Of a DNA stretch of 64,000 nucleotides, positions 48,501-58,369 are shown one piece after another. Position 1 is the first letter of the stretch, and every line of letters starts with the position of its first letter. Below the pieces are notes generated by a model that was given only the letters and a program-made list of their open reading frames with translations, searched no databases and had not been told where the DNA came from. Source of the DNA: Leptolyngbyaceae cyanobacterium (GTDB lineage Bacteria > Cyanobacteriota > Cyanobacteriia > Phormidesmidales > Phormidesmidaceae); contig CBDHHL010000049.1 of assembly GCA_965263355.1 (NCBI GenBank), positions 184,059 through 248,058 on the forward strand. Direction: 5' to 3'. The translations under genes and the position numbers were made by a program.

Positions 48501-48613
48501 GTAGTGAAGCTTTGCGAGAGGTGCAGCTAGAGATGATTAAATCAGATGAAAAATATAGTCATCCTTACTACTGGGCTGCTTTCATCCTGGCTGGAGACTG
48601 GCGTCCTCTATAA
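45554..48613 (+). CDS. Secreted PPC-TPR-CHAT protease
   Basis: PPC-like domain (FEGTAGDAISLEMISDDFD), kinesin-light-chain-type TPRs, CHAT HIATHGF, LVVLSACETG. Start may be ATG 45569. Confidence 0.9.
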   Translation: MGGKNMSLGQSWAGGMLTMLLTASSGNLLPIQAKPTLLQQLAQVTAGAVTGYLDSNSQAFGDGTYFNVHTFEGTAGDAISLEMISDDFDASLLLIKPGGAILASYDGGGEGTNVKFMLRLPETGYYQLYATSNNLGEGEYRLSLRPLSDAEAAELPSWNQTYYSDRPFDFAFAQDVGSASIQSNSSQGLPMFEEQLAILKTQLGDNHPVVASQLYGLASLYLVQYRFADAEPLLLEALTIYRALPDPYPDETAEILQALADIAGLRGQLEASEALGDQAVEIRENSDLPSRTYDESSLVASIETARSNGQLVDVVGSMDVLADMYNRQGRYDDAESLYQEAIAIRRNSSVYEGIEDPEIARSLNGLALLYQAQGRYKEARSLYQDALDIQEAFNNSIYAGESADIFQLYRTFPILYNLAGVYRATDNISQAVTTLRTALDIEERDLDVNLANLGEADRTRYLAQRANTLDYVLSLNLDAAPESAGATQLALTTLLRRKGRLLEANVRTQEILRENATPEELNWLDQLSQIQQEISNLTLQPPANLSAAAYQTRLAQLKSRANQLETVLARRSADLALNSQSVDLDAVQAKIPANGVLIEYARYQPFDPLTPLSEQGVGFAADRFGAPRYAAYLFFPDGRIHITDLGDAAEIDAAIESFIRLLQVPSVDFQRGTIDVVPNPQASDRITSTLNRLIFAPIAPYLQNTEHLLISPDSQLNRVPFEALQPEAGGDYLVQRYQISYLNSGRDLLQFGVLEPSQNPAVIFANPDYDAVDDTVQIAQARDLNLEKNRRSSDLSQMQVGPLPGTADEAEAIKSLLPNATLLTTDKATENALKQVQSPRILHIATHGFFLPDMERAAAVTELANGPVSNVALTARGSSENRLLRSGLALAGFNPRESGLEDGVLTALEASTLNLFGTQLVVLSACETGLGDIANGEGVYGLRRSFALAGAETQLMSLWQVDDYGTQSLMAQYYKNLTTSMGRSEALREVQLEMIKSDEKYSHPYYWAAFILAGDWRPL

Positions 48614-48781
48614 TCTGATACCATTGTTACCGGCTTAGGGAGGGGAATGGGGACATTAGCAGCATTTTATTACCTGTGAGTCCCTATACTGACCCTGTTT
48701 ATTGGTCTGCCTTGACCTTCATTGGCGAAGACACCTAACCTGGCCATGCTCAATCTCAGTGATACCCAACTATATAGCGTG

Positions 48782-51748
48782 TTAACGCCAATCTCCTACT
48801 AAAATATAAGGGGCCCAGACAGTCGGCTTTTGTCCTTCTCGAATCAGCTTTACTTGTGCTTTTTGAAGTGCCTTAGCTTTAGAAAATTCAGGACTTAGCA
48901 AAGTCCGATAAAACTCTTCCATCAGCGTAGAGGTTGACGCATCATCAATATTCCAGAGGCTGGCTAACGTACTTCTAGCACCTGATTGAATGGCAAGACC
49001 TGCAATGCCTAAGACTTCTCGGTTATCCCCGGTGGCCGTTTGACAGGCACTTAAGACTAATAGCTCTAAGGGCGTTGGCTTTCGGGGCCTGAGAAAACTG
49101 TCGAAATCATTGAGGTCGATTTTTTCGACTTCGATAGTTTCACTAGCTGAGGCGTTTAACCCTTGACTAGATTGTGAAGAAACATTATCAGCTGGGACCA
49201 GTAGAAAAGTCTCATTTCGGGTAAAGCCAAATATACCATGGGTGGCTAAATGAACGACATTATACAGAGATGACGCCATCTGCGCTTGAAAAGCTTGTTT
49301 CTTAAAGTCTAAATTTAGAAAGACATCTGTGTCCTGAATAATTTCTTTAATTGCATTCAGCTCTTGTTCAACGTATATCAGCCGACTAAAGAGAATCTCA
49401 GAGAGATTATTCTTTTCGGTTGACCCATTATTCTCAGGTTTGGCTAACGGTAAAACGCTTGGATAGGATAAACCTGCTGCCAGTACTCTAAAGCTTTTTT
49501 CGGGAGGTGCTTTGGGGATTTCTAAATTGCCAAAGGTGGTTGCGATCGCATATTTCTCAATCAAAAACGTTTGTGTGTCTTGATCATATAGGGCAGCCAT
49601 AGGTACTTGCCGAAAGGCTCCGTCCATCACAAAAATAAGCGTCTCTATCGATTCGTCAAGCCAGCCTGCTTTTTCAGCAGGACGAATCAACCAATCGTAG
49701 ATTTCTGTTGCCAATGGTATCAATTGGTTAGAGTTTCCTGCCTCCCTGGGAGATAAGTTTATACCCGCTCTACCATAGCGAAAAAAAGTAGTGCCTGGAT
49801 GTTCAATGGCCTGATAAAATCGCTGTAGTGTTTCCTCCACAGTATGTACATTTGGTCGAGGAGCTGTACTTACTATTTCTGGAGAATAGCGTCTCAGTAC
49901 AGGTGCTTTAGCTTGACTATCCGGTGTTTGGATTAATACTTCCAGGCGATCTCCCCTGGGACCATCTGGCAAAATTATTGGATAAATGATTGCAGCCTTA
50001 TCTTTATTAGCAATCGTTTGAATAGTGGTACGTGGGATATTGTCGTTGGGTTCCAGTAGCCCACAGGCCAGAAAACTCTCTAACTCAGCGACGCGTAAGT
50101 CATCAATAACAGTTTGAGCTTGAATTAACTGAGCAGGATCACCCTGGATATTAGAGTCTTCCTTAGGAAGCAATAAACTAAGGTATTCTCGGTATAGAGG
50201 TTCGATGCGATCGCGAAAATAAAATTGTACCTCTGGTCCCACGTATCGTAGGTCCTGACGGACTTCCTGCACATATTGAAAAGCACGCCCATAGTGCCAG
50301 AGAATACTTTCCTGACTACGGTGTAGCTGATTGTCAATGCGGCCCAGCTGCCATTCCCACTGGTAAATTAAGCTAGGCTGATAGGTGGCTTTGTCTAACG
50401 CAGCTTCTGTAAATTGGAGCGCATCTGAGTAACGCCCTTCTGTCTCATACAAGTGCCCTAAATATCCTAGAGCATAGGATTCAGCAATGGGATCCTGTAG
50501 CTGTATTGCTTGTTTGTGAGCTTTGGATAATAGATTATAAATCTGTTGCGGAGTCTGGTGTAATGCAGTGGAGCAGACAGAATCACACTGGTCGGATAGC
50601 AGTCGTGCTAACCTCATATGGACAAACGTTTGTGTTCGACCTGGAGCTAGTGCTTTTATCTGTGGCAGTAATGATGCCTTAAGAGATGTTGCCGTTGCCC
50701 AAGCCTGGCGGTGAATAGCAATCTCTAAGTGACTGATCTGTGCCTGAACTTGAATCAATGGGGGGGCCGTATCAGCAATTGCTGAATAATTCTCCTCTGC
50801 CTGCTGGTAAAATTCGTTCACCGATGACTGGCTTGCTGTTTTGTTGGTACGGCTAACCAATAATTCAGTCTGGTGGGCCAGAGTCTGCAAGGTAGTGCCC
50901 AAACTAAGCTGAGTAATGGCGAGTTCTTTGGGATCTGGTAAACCCTTGGCGATTTCCAGGCTCTTGTTGAGAGATGTTTGAGATGCTTTTAAGTCACCTA
51001 TCAACCGCTGGGTTTCCCCTACGCTGCGCATTAAGGCACTCTTCAAGGGTAGATCCTCTAGCCCTACTAAAATCTGTTGTGCCTGTAGTAAACGGGTCTG
51101 GGAATCTCGGAAAAAACCTAAGCTACGTAAGGCTTGAGTTTGGTTGATCAAGCTTTTGATTACCCCTGCAGGATGACTCGCTTGCGTATACATTTGAGCG
51201 GCCTGCTCCCAAGCTTTCAGTGCATTGTCTGCATCCCCCTGGGCAAAAAATAAACTCCCTTGGGCATTGAGGAGTTGACCATAGATCCTTAAGCCTTCTG
51301 AGTTTAAAGAATTGCTTGAATCAAGGAAGAGAGCACCTTCATCAATAGCCATTTGAGCCTTTTCCCACTCGCCCAACTGGCGATAGCCTAAGGCCAGGTT
51401 ACCTAAGACAACTGCCTGACTTAAAGAAGCTTTCTGACTAAGATGCTCTTTTGCCATGGACCATATGTTTACGGCCTCTACAAATTGTCCGGTCGCATAG
51501 TGGGTTTGTCCTATTTGTAGCAGGTGTTCAAAGCCGTTGACTTGTGCTGATGGACTAGCTTTTTGGGGTGAACCAGTGGATGCTCCGGGAATGTTGATCT
51601 TGAACGTATTTGTCGCGATGGCCGGATTTAGAAATTGACCCAATACCGCTCTACACTGGCCTAACATGATGGTGAGAAAAACGGTTGTCAGGGCTAGTCC
51701 CAGATGGCGAAACCATTTTAGTAACTGTGCAGAAGGGTAACGTTTCAT
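48782..51748 (-). CDS. Secreted TPR-CHAT protease
   Basis: Signal/TM, TPRs, HLATHG, LLVLSACQTA, WAPYILVGDWR. Confidence 0.9.
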   Translation of the reverse strand: MKRYPSAQLLKWFRHLGLALTTVFLTIMLGQCRAVLGQFLNPAIATNTFKINIPGASTGSPQKASPSAQVNGFEHLLQIGQTHYATGQFVEAVNIWSMAKEHLSQKASLSQAVVLGNLALGYRQLGEWEKAQMAIDEGALFLDSSNSLNSEGLRIYGQLLNAQGSLFFAQGDADNALKAWEQAAQMYTQASHPAGVIKSLINQTQALRSLGFFRDSQTRLLQAQQILVGLEDLPLKSALMRSVGETQRLIGDLKASQTSLNKSLEIAKGLPDPKELAITQLSLGTTLQTLAHQTELLVSRTNKTASQSSVNEFYQQAEENYSAIADTAPPLIQVQAQISHLEIAIHRQAWATATSLKASLLPQIKALAPGRTQTFVHMRLARLLSDQCDSVCSTALHQTPQQIYNLLSKAHKQAIQLQDPIAESYALGYLGHLYETEGRYSDALQFTEAALDKATYQPSLIYQWEWQLGRIDNQLHRSQESILWHYGRAFQYVQEVRQDLRYVGPEVQFYFRDRIEPLYREYLSLLLPKEDSNIQGDPAQLIQAQTVIDDLRVAELESFLACGLLEPNDNIPRTTIQTIANKDKAAIIYPIILPDGPRGDRLEVLIQTPDSQAKAPVLRRYSPEIVSTAPRPNVHTVEETLQRFYQAIEHPGTTFFRYGRAGINLSPREAGNSNQLIPLATEIYDWLIRPAEKAGWLDESIETLIFVMDGAFRQVPMAALYDQDTQTFLIEKYAIATTFGNLEIPKAPPEKSFRVLAAGLSYPSVLPLAKPENNGSTEKNNLSEILFSRLIYVEQELNAIKEIIQDTDVFLNLDFKKQAFQAQMASSLYNVVHLATHGIFGFTRNETFLLVPADNVSSQSSQGLNASASETIEVEKIDLNDFDSFLRPRKPTPLELLVLSACQTATGDNREVLGIAGLAIQSGARSTLASLWNIDDASTSTLMEEFYRTLLSPEFSKAKALQKAQVKLIREGQKPTVWAPYILVGDWR

Positions 51749-51791
51749 AGTGGGTTAAGGGGCTGATTGGTGGGCATAATGGCCGTTGATC

Positions 51792-54700
51792 TTACGGTGC
51801 ACAGGATGACGGGGGATGCCAGCGATGCTCCGCTACTAAAAAAATGTCGCCTGATGGGGTGACGACAGCGTCTTGAGAATCTAATAGGGGAGCCTGGACT
51901 GGTTGCGGGTTTGACGACAGTGGTTCATTGTCTGATAAGGAGAACAATTCATCGTTCACCGTCGCTGGTCCAAAATCATCCAATGGTTCATACTGGCTGG
52001 CAATATCTGTGGGACTTAGGAGCTGTCCTCCACGCCCAGTAATCCTAAAATCTCCCGTCAGGCCATCGACAATAGCACCTACTTCAGTGCTGCAGGTTTG
52101 GGCAATCCGGTTAGCTGGATCCGTCAGGTTTGTCGGTAGTTCCGTTAGTTCCGGATTGGGTTCAGATTCCAGGGTCACGGTTCCATCAAAGCCAAAATTA
52201 GATCTGGCGCTAATGTCACTGATTCGATTGCCCCTTAAATTTGGGTCAAATAATTCAACTTCTCGAAAGCCATTAATCAGATTGGCGGTAATCGAAACTG
52301 TGCCCCCTTCACCAACGTTAGCGGTGGCAAGGATATCATTATCTTCTGCAGGAATTGTCAAAATAAATCCTGCATCAATATCAACATTTCCGCCGCGCCC
52401 CGTTTGATTGGCTGCCGCTAGAATAAGGCTACCGCGCCGCATAATAAATTCACCTACACCTTGTATAAAGATGCTGCCAGCTGTACCAGAGCCGTCGCCA
52501 CTGGTAACAATCTCTGTATTGCTTAATAGGACAGTATCCGCATCGCGAATTGTAATGTTTCCCCCTCGCCCAGTACTTTCAGCTGCCGTGGATGCAGAAA
52601 TTTGAGGCCCATTATCGAGTGTGAAAATGTGTAGACTATCTTCAGCTAGAGGGAGTAATGTAATATTGCCAGCTGCAGCGATATCATTAGTGTTAACAGA
52701 TATTCTTGTCTCTTCTCCAGAAAGATTAATGTCATTGGCCTGAAGCAAAATATCACCACCAATACCTTCAGGGTTTGGACTGCTAGTTTCTCCCGTGATA
52801 GTTGTGTCGTTTTGAACAGTTAAGAGAGGGGCTGTAATCAGAATGCTACCTGCACGGCCATCGCCATTAGTGTTAGTAGTTATGGTGCTATTGTTTAGAA
52901 CTACACTATTTGTTCCTGCAATAATAATGTCACCACCGTTACCACTACTCTGGTCCTTGGTATCGCTAAAAATCTCGCTATCGTTTAGTTGAAGACTGCC
53001 ATTGCTTCTAAGTTGTACATTGCCAGCATCAGCGGCACGATTTGCATCACTCAAAAGTTCAACATTATTGAGGGTCAGGTTATTAGCACTGGTGATGATG
53101 GTCTCGCCAGATTGATCAAAATCGCTCAGATCTAAGGAAATTGGCTGCTCGGGAAAAATGGGATTGGAAATTTCTAGTTGACCACTGGTGATCAAACGTA
53201 AATTATCAACGGTTAGATTACTGTCAGTACCTCGGATTGTTACATTACCCGATGCGCCTGCACTGGATATGGTGGATATTTCTAAATCAGAAATACTGTT
53301 GGCTTGCAGTGTGACATTGCCGCCGCTGCCGGTAATGCCATCTATTTCTGAAATAGCGATCGCACTAATTTGACTATCATTGACAATAGCGCCATCACTG
53401 GTTATCAGGGAAATATTGCCGCCATTCCCCACATCTCCATCCCGTGAAAACGACGACGACGATAAGAACCCATCGGTTACAATATCCCCTGATGTAGAAC
53501 GAATTAGGATATTACCTCCATTCCCAGTAGACGTATCTAAGGGTGTGATGCCAATGGGCGTATTTTGAACAAATAACGAGGATGACGAGTCTACGTCCTT
53601 GGTGGAAATATCGCCAGATATTGACATAATAGTAATATCTCCACCATTACTTGAGTTCCCCAATGATGATGATGAAAATGAATTAATTCGTTCATTAAGG
53701 ACAATATTGCCAGCATCAGAGGAAATAGCAATATTTCCACCATTATCGGCATTGCCAATATCTGTCAGAGAAGGTGCAAACGAGAATGTAGCTAGTCTTC
53801 CATTAGTAACAATGTCACCGGAGCCTGAAGAAATTGAGATATTTCCACCAGGACCAGAACTACCGTTCATTGATTGGGAAGACGCCCGTAAAATGTCGTT
53901 GGCTACGATATTACCTGATTCTGATGAGATGAGAATATTGCCACCATTGCCAGCATCGTTGTTAGCGGATGAGTTTGCTTCTAGAGTGCCCTCAACCAAG
54001 ATATTGCCTGAATTTGCAATGATGGAGATTGTGCCACCGCTATTTGAATTACCAACGGCTGAAGAAGAAAATGACTCTAAATCTCCGAAGGTTGAAATAT
54101 CACCAAGCTCTGCAGAGATAGTAATCTTTCCGCCACTGCTTGCGTTACCCGATGACGATGATGAAAACGAATTAATTCGCTCATTAAGGACAATATTGCC
54201 AGTATCAGAGGAGATAGCGATATCTCCTCCATTGTCGGCATTGCCGACATTCATGGGGGAAGACGGTACAAACGAGAATGTAACTAGTCTTCCATTAGTC
54301 ACAATATTACCAGAGCCTGAAGAAATTGAGATGTTTCCACCGAGACCAGAGCTGCCGTTATCTGATTGGGAAGACGCTCGTAAAATGCCGTTGATTAAGA
54401 TATTACCTGACTCGGACGAGAGGAGAATATTGCCACCATTGCCAGTATCGTTGTTAGCGGATGAGTTTGTTTCTAGAGTGCCTTCGACTAGGATATTGCC
54501 TGAATTTGCAATGATAGAGATTGTGCCACCGCTACTTGAATTACCATCGGCTGAAGAAGAAAATGACTTTAAATCGCCGAGGGTTGAAATATCACCAAGC
54601 TCTGCAGAGAGAGTAATATCCCCACCATTTTTGCCATCAATAGCCCCTGGCTGGGAAAATGAGAAGGTATTTAATCTACCGTTGATCAGGATATCACCAG

Positions 54701-56144
54701 CTGTTGATGAGATAGAAATATTGCCACCATTGCCAGCATTGCCTGTAAAGGCTTGAGAGAATGAAACTAAGTCTTCAATAACGGTGATATTGCCATTAGC
54801 AGCCAGAATAATCGGCCCTCCATCCTCACCGTCATTATTAGATGTATCGATCCGGTTAACGACAATACTGCCCGCAGGATTACCTGTTGTGGTGCCCGTT
54901 GGAACAATCATGCCACCAATGGTTTCCGGGGGCTCATTCCCGCTAAGCCCATCGATTCCGGCCCGCAGGATTACGGCTTGACTGCTGGCCAATAAGTCCT
55001 CATCCGAACCTGACCCGTCAGCTTGTAACAAAAGGTCTGGCCCTGTAATACGAATATTGCCCGTCTGGATGCTGCCAGTGGCTTCGATTTTTAATGCAGT
55101 TCCAATATAGTTGCCCAGAATCACATCACCATTGGCACTAATAATGGGATCGTAGAGGCTAACAAAATTACCAGGTATTCCACCTAGGGTTAAAAACTGG
55201 ACATTTCCCCCACTCTCAAATTGGGCATCTGCCGAAATCGCTCCATCACTGATCAGGACTAAATCTCCCCCGCTAACAAAGGGTAACTGTTCTAGGTGCT
55301 GTAGGGTTAAAATATCAATTGCTTGATTGCCCTGAATGGTAAGATTCCGAGCTGATCGAGCTATAAATGCATCTGCTTCTGTATCTCGAATGGTAATGCT
55401 ATCTTGGGCCTGAAGCGTTAAATCTCCTCCCGCAGTGAGCTGTCCCTTTAAGTCTAGTTCCTGGCCCGATAAGGTAAAATCCTGCCCAGTTTCCAAAATA
55501 CCCTGATTAGAAATTGTCCCCTGACGGCGGTCGCTAAACTGCACCCCCAACGGTACACTCATGGTTAATAAGGAGATTCCTTGAGGGTTAATAGCACTGA
55601 ATGTGCTGTCATCAGCAAACATAATCGCATCCGCTGTACTGGCTGTGAAGGAGCCGCGAATATCTAGCTGGGCATTGGGGCCAAAGCTAATCCCATTGGG
55701 ATTAAGGAGAAATAAATTGGCGGTACCATCGACACCCAAGAGACCATCAATGTCAGAGATATCGTCGCCAGTGACCCGACCTAGAATGGTTTGAATATCG
55801 TCAGGGTTAGCAAAGTAAACTTGCTGTCCGGGATTGATATTAAATGCCTCAAAACTGTGGAATAAATTAGGCCCCTGAATGACCCCTCCGTTAATACGAA
55901 TCTGTTCGTTATTATTGAGAATGGTAGACTGTTTATTCCCTAAGGTGTTGTCTGGGATAATCTGAGCGATTAGTCTTGCTGTTGGTGGTGACGATGGTTT
56001 TGGGGCGAAAACAGCATCAGAGTTAGAGGAGCCAACGCCTGAAGCAGGAGTCCCTGGGGCCACTGCATAGGCCGCAGAGGCCATTTGGCTAATGATAATT
56101 ACTAAGGCAAACTGAAACCAGTGATTAGAGAACCAACGAGCCAT
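51792..56144 (-). CDS. Filamentous-haemagglutinin family (TPS-domain) exoprotein
   Basis: NLFHSFEAFNI, LFLLNPNGISFG; GNGGNI.I beta-helix repeats; C-terminal FRITGRGG. Confidence 0.92.
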   Translation of the reverse strand: MARWFSNHWFQFALVIIISQMASAAYAVAPGTPASGVGSSNSDAVFAPKPSSPPTARLIAQIIPDNTLGNKQSTILNNNEQIRINGGVIQGPNLFHSFEAFNINPGQQVYFANPDDIQTILGRVTGDDISDIDGLLGVDGTANLFLLNPNGISFGPNAQLDIRGSFTASTADAIMFADDSTFSAINPQGISLLTMSVPLGVQFSDRRQGTISNQGILETGQDFTLSGQELDLKGQLTAGGDLTLQAQDSITIRDTEADAFIARSARNLTIQGNQAIDILTLQHLEQLPFVSGGDLVLISDGAISADAQFESGGNVQFLTLGGIPGNFVSLYDPIISANGDVILGNYIGTALKIEATGSIQTGNIRITGPDLLLQADGSGSDEDLLASSQAVILRAGIDGLSGNEPPETIGGMIVPTGTTTGNPAGSIVVNRIDTSNNDGEDGGPIILAANGNITVIEDLVSFSQAFTGNAGNGGNISISSTAGDILINGRLNTFSFSQPGAIDGKNGGDITLSAELGDISTLGDLKSFSSSADGNSSSGGTISIIANSGNILVEGTLETNSSANNDTGNGGNILLSSESGNILINGILRASSQSDNGSSGLGGNISISSGSGNIVTNGRLVTFSFVPSSPMNVGNADNGGDIAISSDTGNIVLNERINSFSSSSSGNASSGGKITISAELGDISTFGDLESFSSSAVGNSNSGGTISIIANSGNILVEGTLEANSSANNDAGNGGNILISSESGNIVANDILRASSQSMNGSSGPGGNISISSGSGDIVTNGRLATFSFAPSLTDIGNADNGGNIAISSDAGNIVLNERINSFSSSSLGNSSNGGDITIMSISGDISTKDVDSSSSLFVQNTPIGITPLDTSTGNGGNILIRSTSGDIVTDGFLSSSSFSRDGDVGNGGNISLITSDGAIVNDSQISAIAISEIDGITGSGGNVTLQANSISDLEISTISSAGASGNVTIRGTDSNLTVDNLRLITSGQLEISNPIFPEQPISLDLSDFDQSGETIITSANNLTLNNVELLSDANRAADAGNVQLRSNGSLQLNDSEIFSDTKDQSSGNGGDIIIAGTNSVVLNNSTITTNTNGDGRAGSILITAPLLTVQNDTTITGETSSPNPEGIGGDILLQANDINLSGEETRISVNTNDIAAAGNITLLPLAEDSLHIFTLDNGPQISASTAAESTGRGGNITIRDADTVLLSNTEIVTSGDGSGTAGSIFIQGVGEFIMRRGSLILAAANQTGRGGNVDIDAGFILTIPAEDNDILATANVGEGGTVSITANLINGFREVELFDPNLRGNRISDISARSNFGFDGTVTLESEPNPELTELPTNLTDPANRIAQTCSTEVGAIVDGLTGDFRITGRGGQLLSPTDIASQYEPLDDFGPATVNDELFSLSDNEPLSSNPQPVQAPLLDSQDAVVTPSGDIFLVAEHRWHPPSSCAP
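53630..54610 (-). repeat. Internal tandem duplication (~490 bp, ~163 aa) in the haemagglutinin gene
   Basis: SAELGDIST...NERINSFSSSS occurs twice; matching nucleotide words are offset by 489-492 bp. Confidence 0.85.
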
Positions 56145-56495
56145 AGAATAATCAGGGCATCTTTGCCATTGTGATTTTCAAGATTGACGATACTCATACT
56201 GTATTTGTGTCTTTGATAGTGAGTTTTATACTAAAGATGTAGATTGAGTGTTAAAAGAACGAATGTAATCGCTTGATGTAGCATAGCCACTATCGTTGTA
56301 GAGTTGGGTAATGGCCTCTTACTTGCTGACTATAGATTTGGTCAATACGACTAAAGTTTACTTTTTGAAGTAAGCATCTTTATGCCTGGGAGTGTGGCTG
56401 TGGTTAATATGTCTGATTCAGGCAGACGTTATCATGCATATTAAAGGTGTAAGCACTATTGGAAAATAGTCGGAAATAGACACTGTTAAAGGTGA

Positions 56496-57320
56496 ATGGT
56501 GCGATCGCAGATATCCATAACGAAGCCAGATAAAAATCTGTATAACTTTGCCTTGGTGAGAAACACCCCTGGGGGCACACCTGAAACAGGTAATCCCCTC
56601 ATGCCCTTAGATCGCGATCCTGACAATTATTACCAGCCAAGCCTCATAGATCACCTGCAAGCTCAGGTCAATAATTTACGAGCTTCACGTATAGACTATG
56701 CCAGTGCTCTACGGGCATTGCAATACTATAATTCTGCTATCGTTCCATTTGACGGACAACTCTGCCGCCGTCATACCGTCACAAAACAACAACCTATCGC
56801 TCAATCCCTTACGCATCGATCAGGTCGTATTATTAAACTAAAAATTGTCAGATTATGTCGTAGAGCCGTTATCTGTAATAAAAAAAATGACATCGATCAA
56901 GCATTTAAGCTGCTAGAGCTAAGTTTACAACTGAGCGAAACCCTGGCAGAACGTAACTACTACAACAGTCAGTATTATATCGCTATGGTGCTCAGCATGA
57001 TGGGCAAAATCTACCTTTCTAAAGGCTACTATCTTTTCGCCCTGACTTCTTTCCAGGCTTCCCTAGATGCCTATCGTAGCCTGACTTACGATGCTGTTAC
57101 CAATGCGCCAATTCAAGGTCGCATGGCTGTAGTGCTTTGTGATATTGCCCACATTGCCCAGGTTACAAAGCATCCAGATATTGCCATTGAACGTTATTTG
57201 GAGGCCCTTTGGCATTTTAACCAGCTAGGCAACAAAGTTCAGATATGTCGAGTTGTGCAACAGCTAAACCAGTTGTTTAATTTAGGAAACACTCTATCTC
57301 CGAACATGGCTCAAAACTAA
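56496..57320 (+). CDS. TPR-like hypothetical protein
   Basis: 274 aa; AMVLSMMGKIYLSKGYYLFALTSFQASLD and IAIERYLEAL are TPR-like. Start uncertain. Confidence 0.6.
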   Translation: MVRSQISITKPDKNLYNFALVRNTPGGTPETGNPLMPLDRDPDNYYQPSLIDHLQAQVNNLRASRIDYASALRALQYYNSAIVPFDGQLCRRHTVTKQQPIAQSLTHRSGRIIKLKIVRLCRRAVICNKKNDIDQAFKLLELSLQLSETLAERNYYNSQYYIAMVLSMMGKIYLSKGYYLFALTSFQASLDAYRSLTYDAVTNAPIQGRMAVVLCDIAHIAQVTKHPDIAIERYLEALWHFNQLGNKVQICRVVQQLNQLFNLGNTLSPNMAQN

Positions 57321-57405
57321 CTTCTATCGATGTTGCTTGTCGTCTAATTTGCGATCGCGCTTCCCTAACCCTTTTGCTGTAGCAGCTTCAGATATTGATA
57401 ATCTG

Positions 57406-57969
57406 CTATCCAAATAAGACCTCAACCTGACAGGTAAAGCCTGGCAAAATAGGCGATGTCAAACTATCTTGCGGAAACAGTGTATTCATCAGTTTTAACA
57501 AACCATTTTCTCGACGATACACTTCCAACTGTTGGGCACGCCAATCTAAAATCCAATATTCTTGAACACCACGTTCACTGTAGAGTTTTACCTTAGTCTC
57601 TCGATCTCGTGCTTGATTTTGTTTGCCAGCTGATAACACTTCCACCATGAGTTCTGGGGCAATGGTTAAATGGCCTTCATCGTCTAACCCTACCGATAGA
57701 CGCCCATAGCTAATCCATACAACATCTGGAATTACATTATCTGCATCTTCAAAAATGACACCCGGTGTGGGTACAGCTTCACCGAGCTTACTACTATCCG
57801 ACCAAGTGTTTAGGACCCTGGCTACATTGCTAATGACCTTTTGATGTTTCCAGTGGGGCGCACGGGTCATAAGCAAGCGTCCATCAATTATTTCATAGCG
57901 GTTGCTACTATCTGGCAATCGTTTTAAGTCTTCGGTAGTCCAACGAACTCGGTTGATAGATTGAGTCAT
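57406..57969 (-). CDS. Uma2 family endonuclease
   Basis: RYEIIDGRL, IPDVVW, APELMVEVLS, GVQEYWILD, LTSPILPGF. Confidence 0.93.
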   Translation of the reverse strand: MTQSINRVRWTTEDLKRLPDSSNRYEIIDGRLLMTRAPHWKHQKVISNVARVLNTWSDSSKLGEAVPTPGVIFEDADNVIPDVVWISYGRLSVGLDDEGHLTIAPELMVEVLSAGKQNQARDRETKVKLYSERGVQEYWILDWRAQQLEVYRRENGLLKLMNTLFPQDSLTSPILPGFTCQVEVLFG

Positions 57970-58154
57970 GGCAGGCGATAGGCTAGGGAGCCGGAATTCT
58001 AGCCTAATGATACTAAAGTGTTTACTGAAACGCGAAGGTATGGTGCGTGGAGTGCGATCGCACCCTCCCTACCTCTCTTTCTGTAACTGCTTCACGCATT
58101 CCTGAAAAATATGGCGTAGGGCTCCATCGCTTACACCTGGCGAGGAAGCACCAA

Positions 58155-58308
58155 CCCGCCCCGCACTCAAAGTGACAGGGCTCATAGATTCAAAACCAAC
58201 TAAAGAGGTCAAAGACCACTGAAAGCGCTATAACTAGAGCCTCACAGCCAATTTGTTCCTTTAGTGGACAGCCCTCAATTAGCGGTGGGTTTTGAACCCA
58301 ACGTGGGT
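58155..58308. repeat. Degenerate palindromic MITE-like element
   Basis: Short hairpins at both ends (CACTCAAAGTG; TGGGTTTTGAACCCA) and internal inverted words ACTAAAG / CTTTAGT. Confidence 0.3.
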
Positions 58309-58369
58309 TTGGGCCTGACAACCGACTTAGTGCAAGATCTAAGTACTAGCTACATCATAGATCCTATGG

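Noticed and set aside
53599..54756. 385-aa plus-strand ORF and the many similar antisense ORFs over 24-28 kb and 52-55 kb
   Set aside because: Shadow frames of Gly/Asn/Ile-rich beta-helix repeats on the opposite strand.
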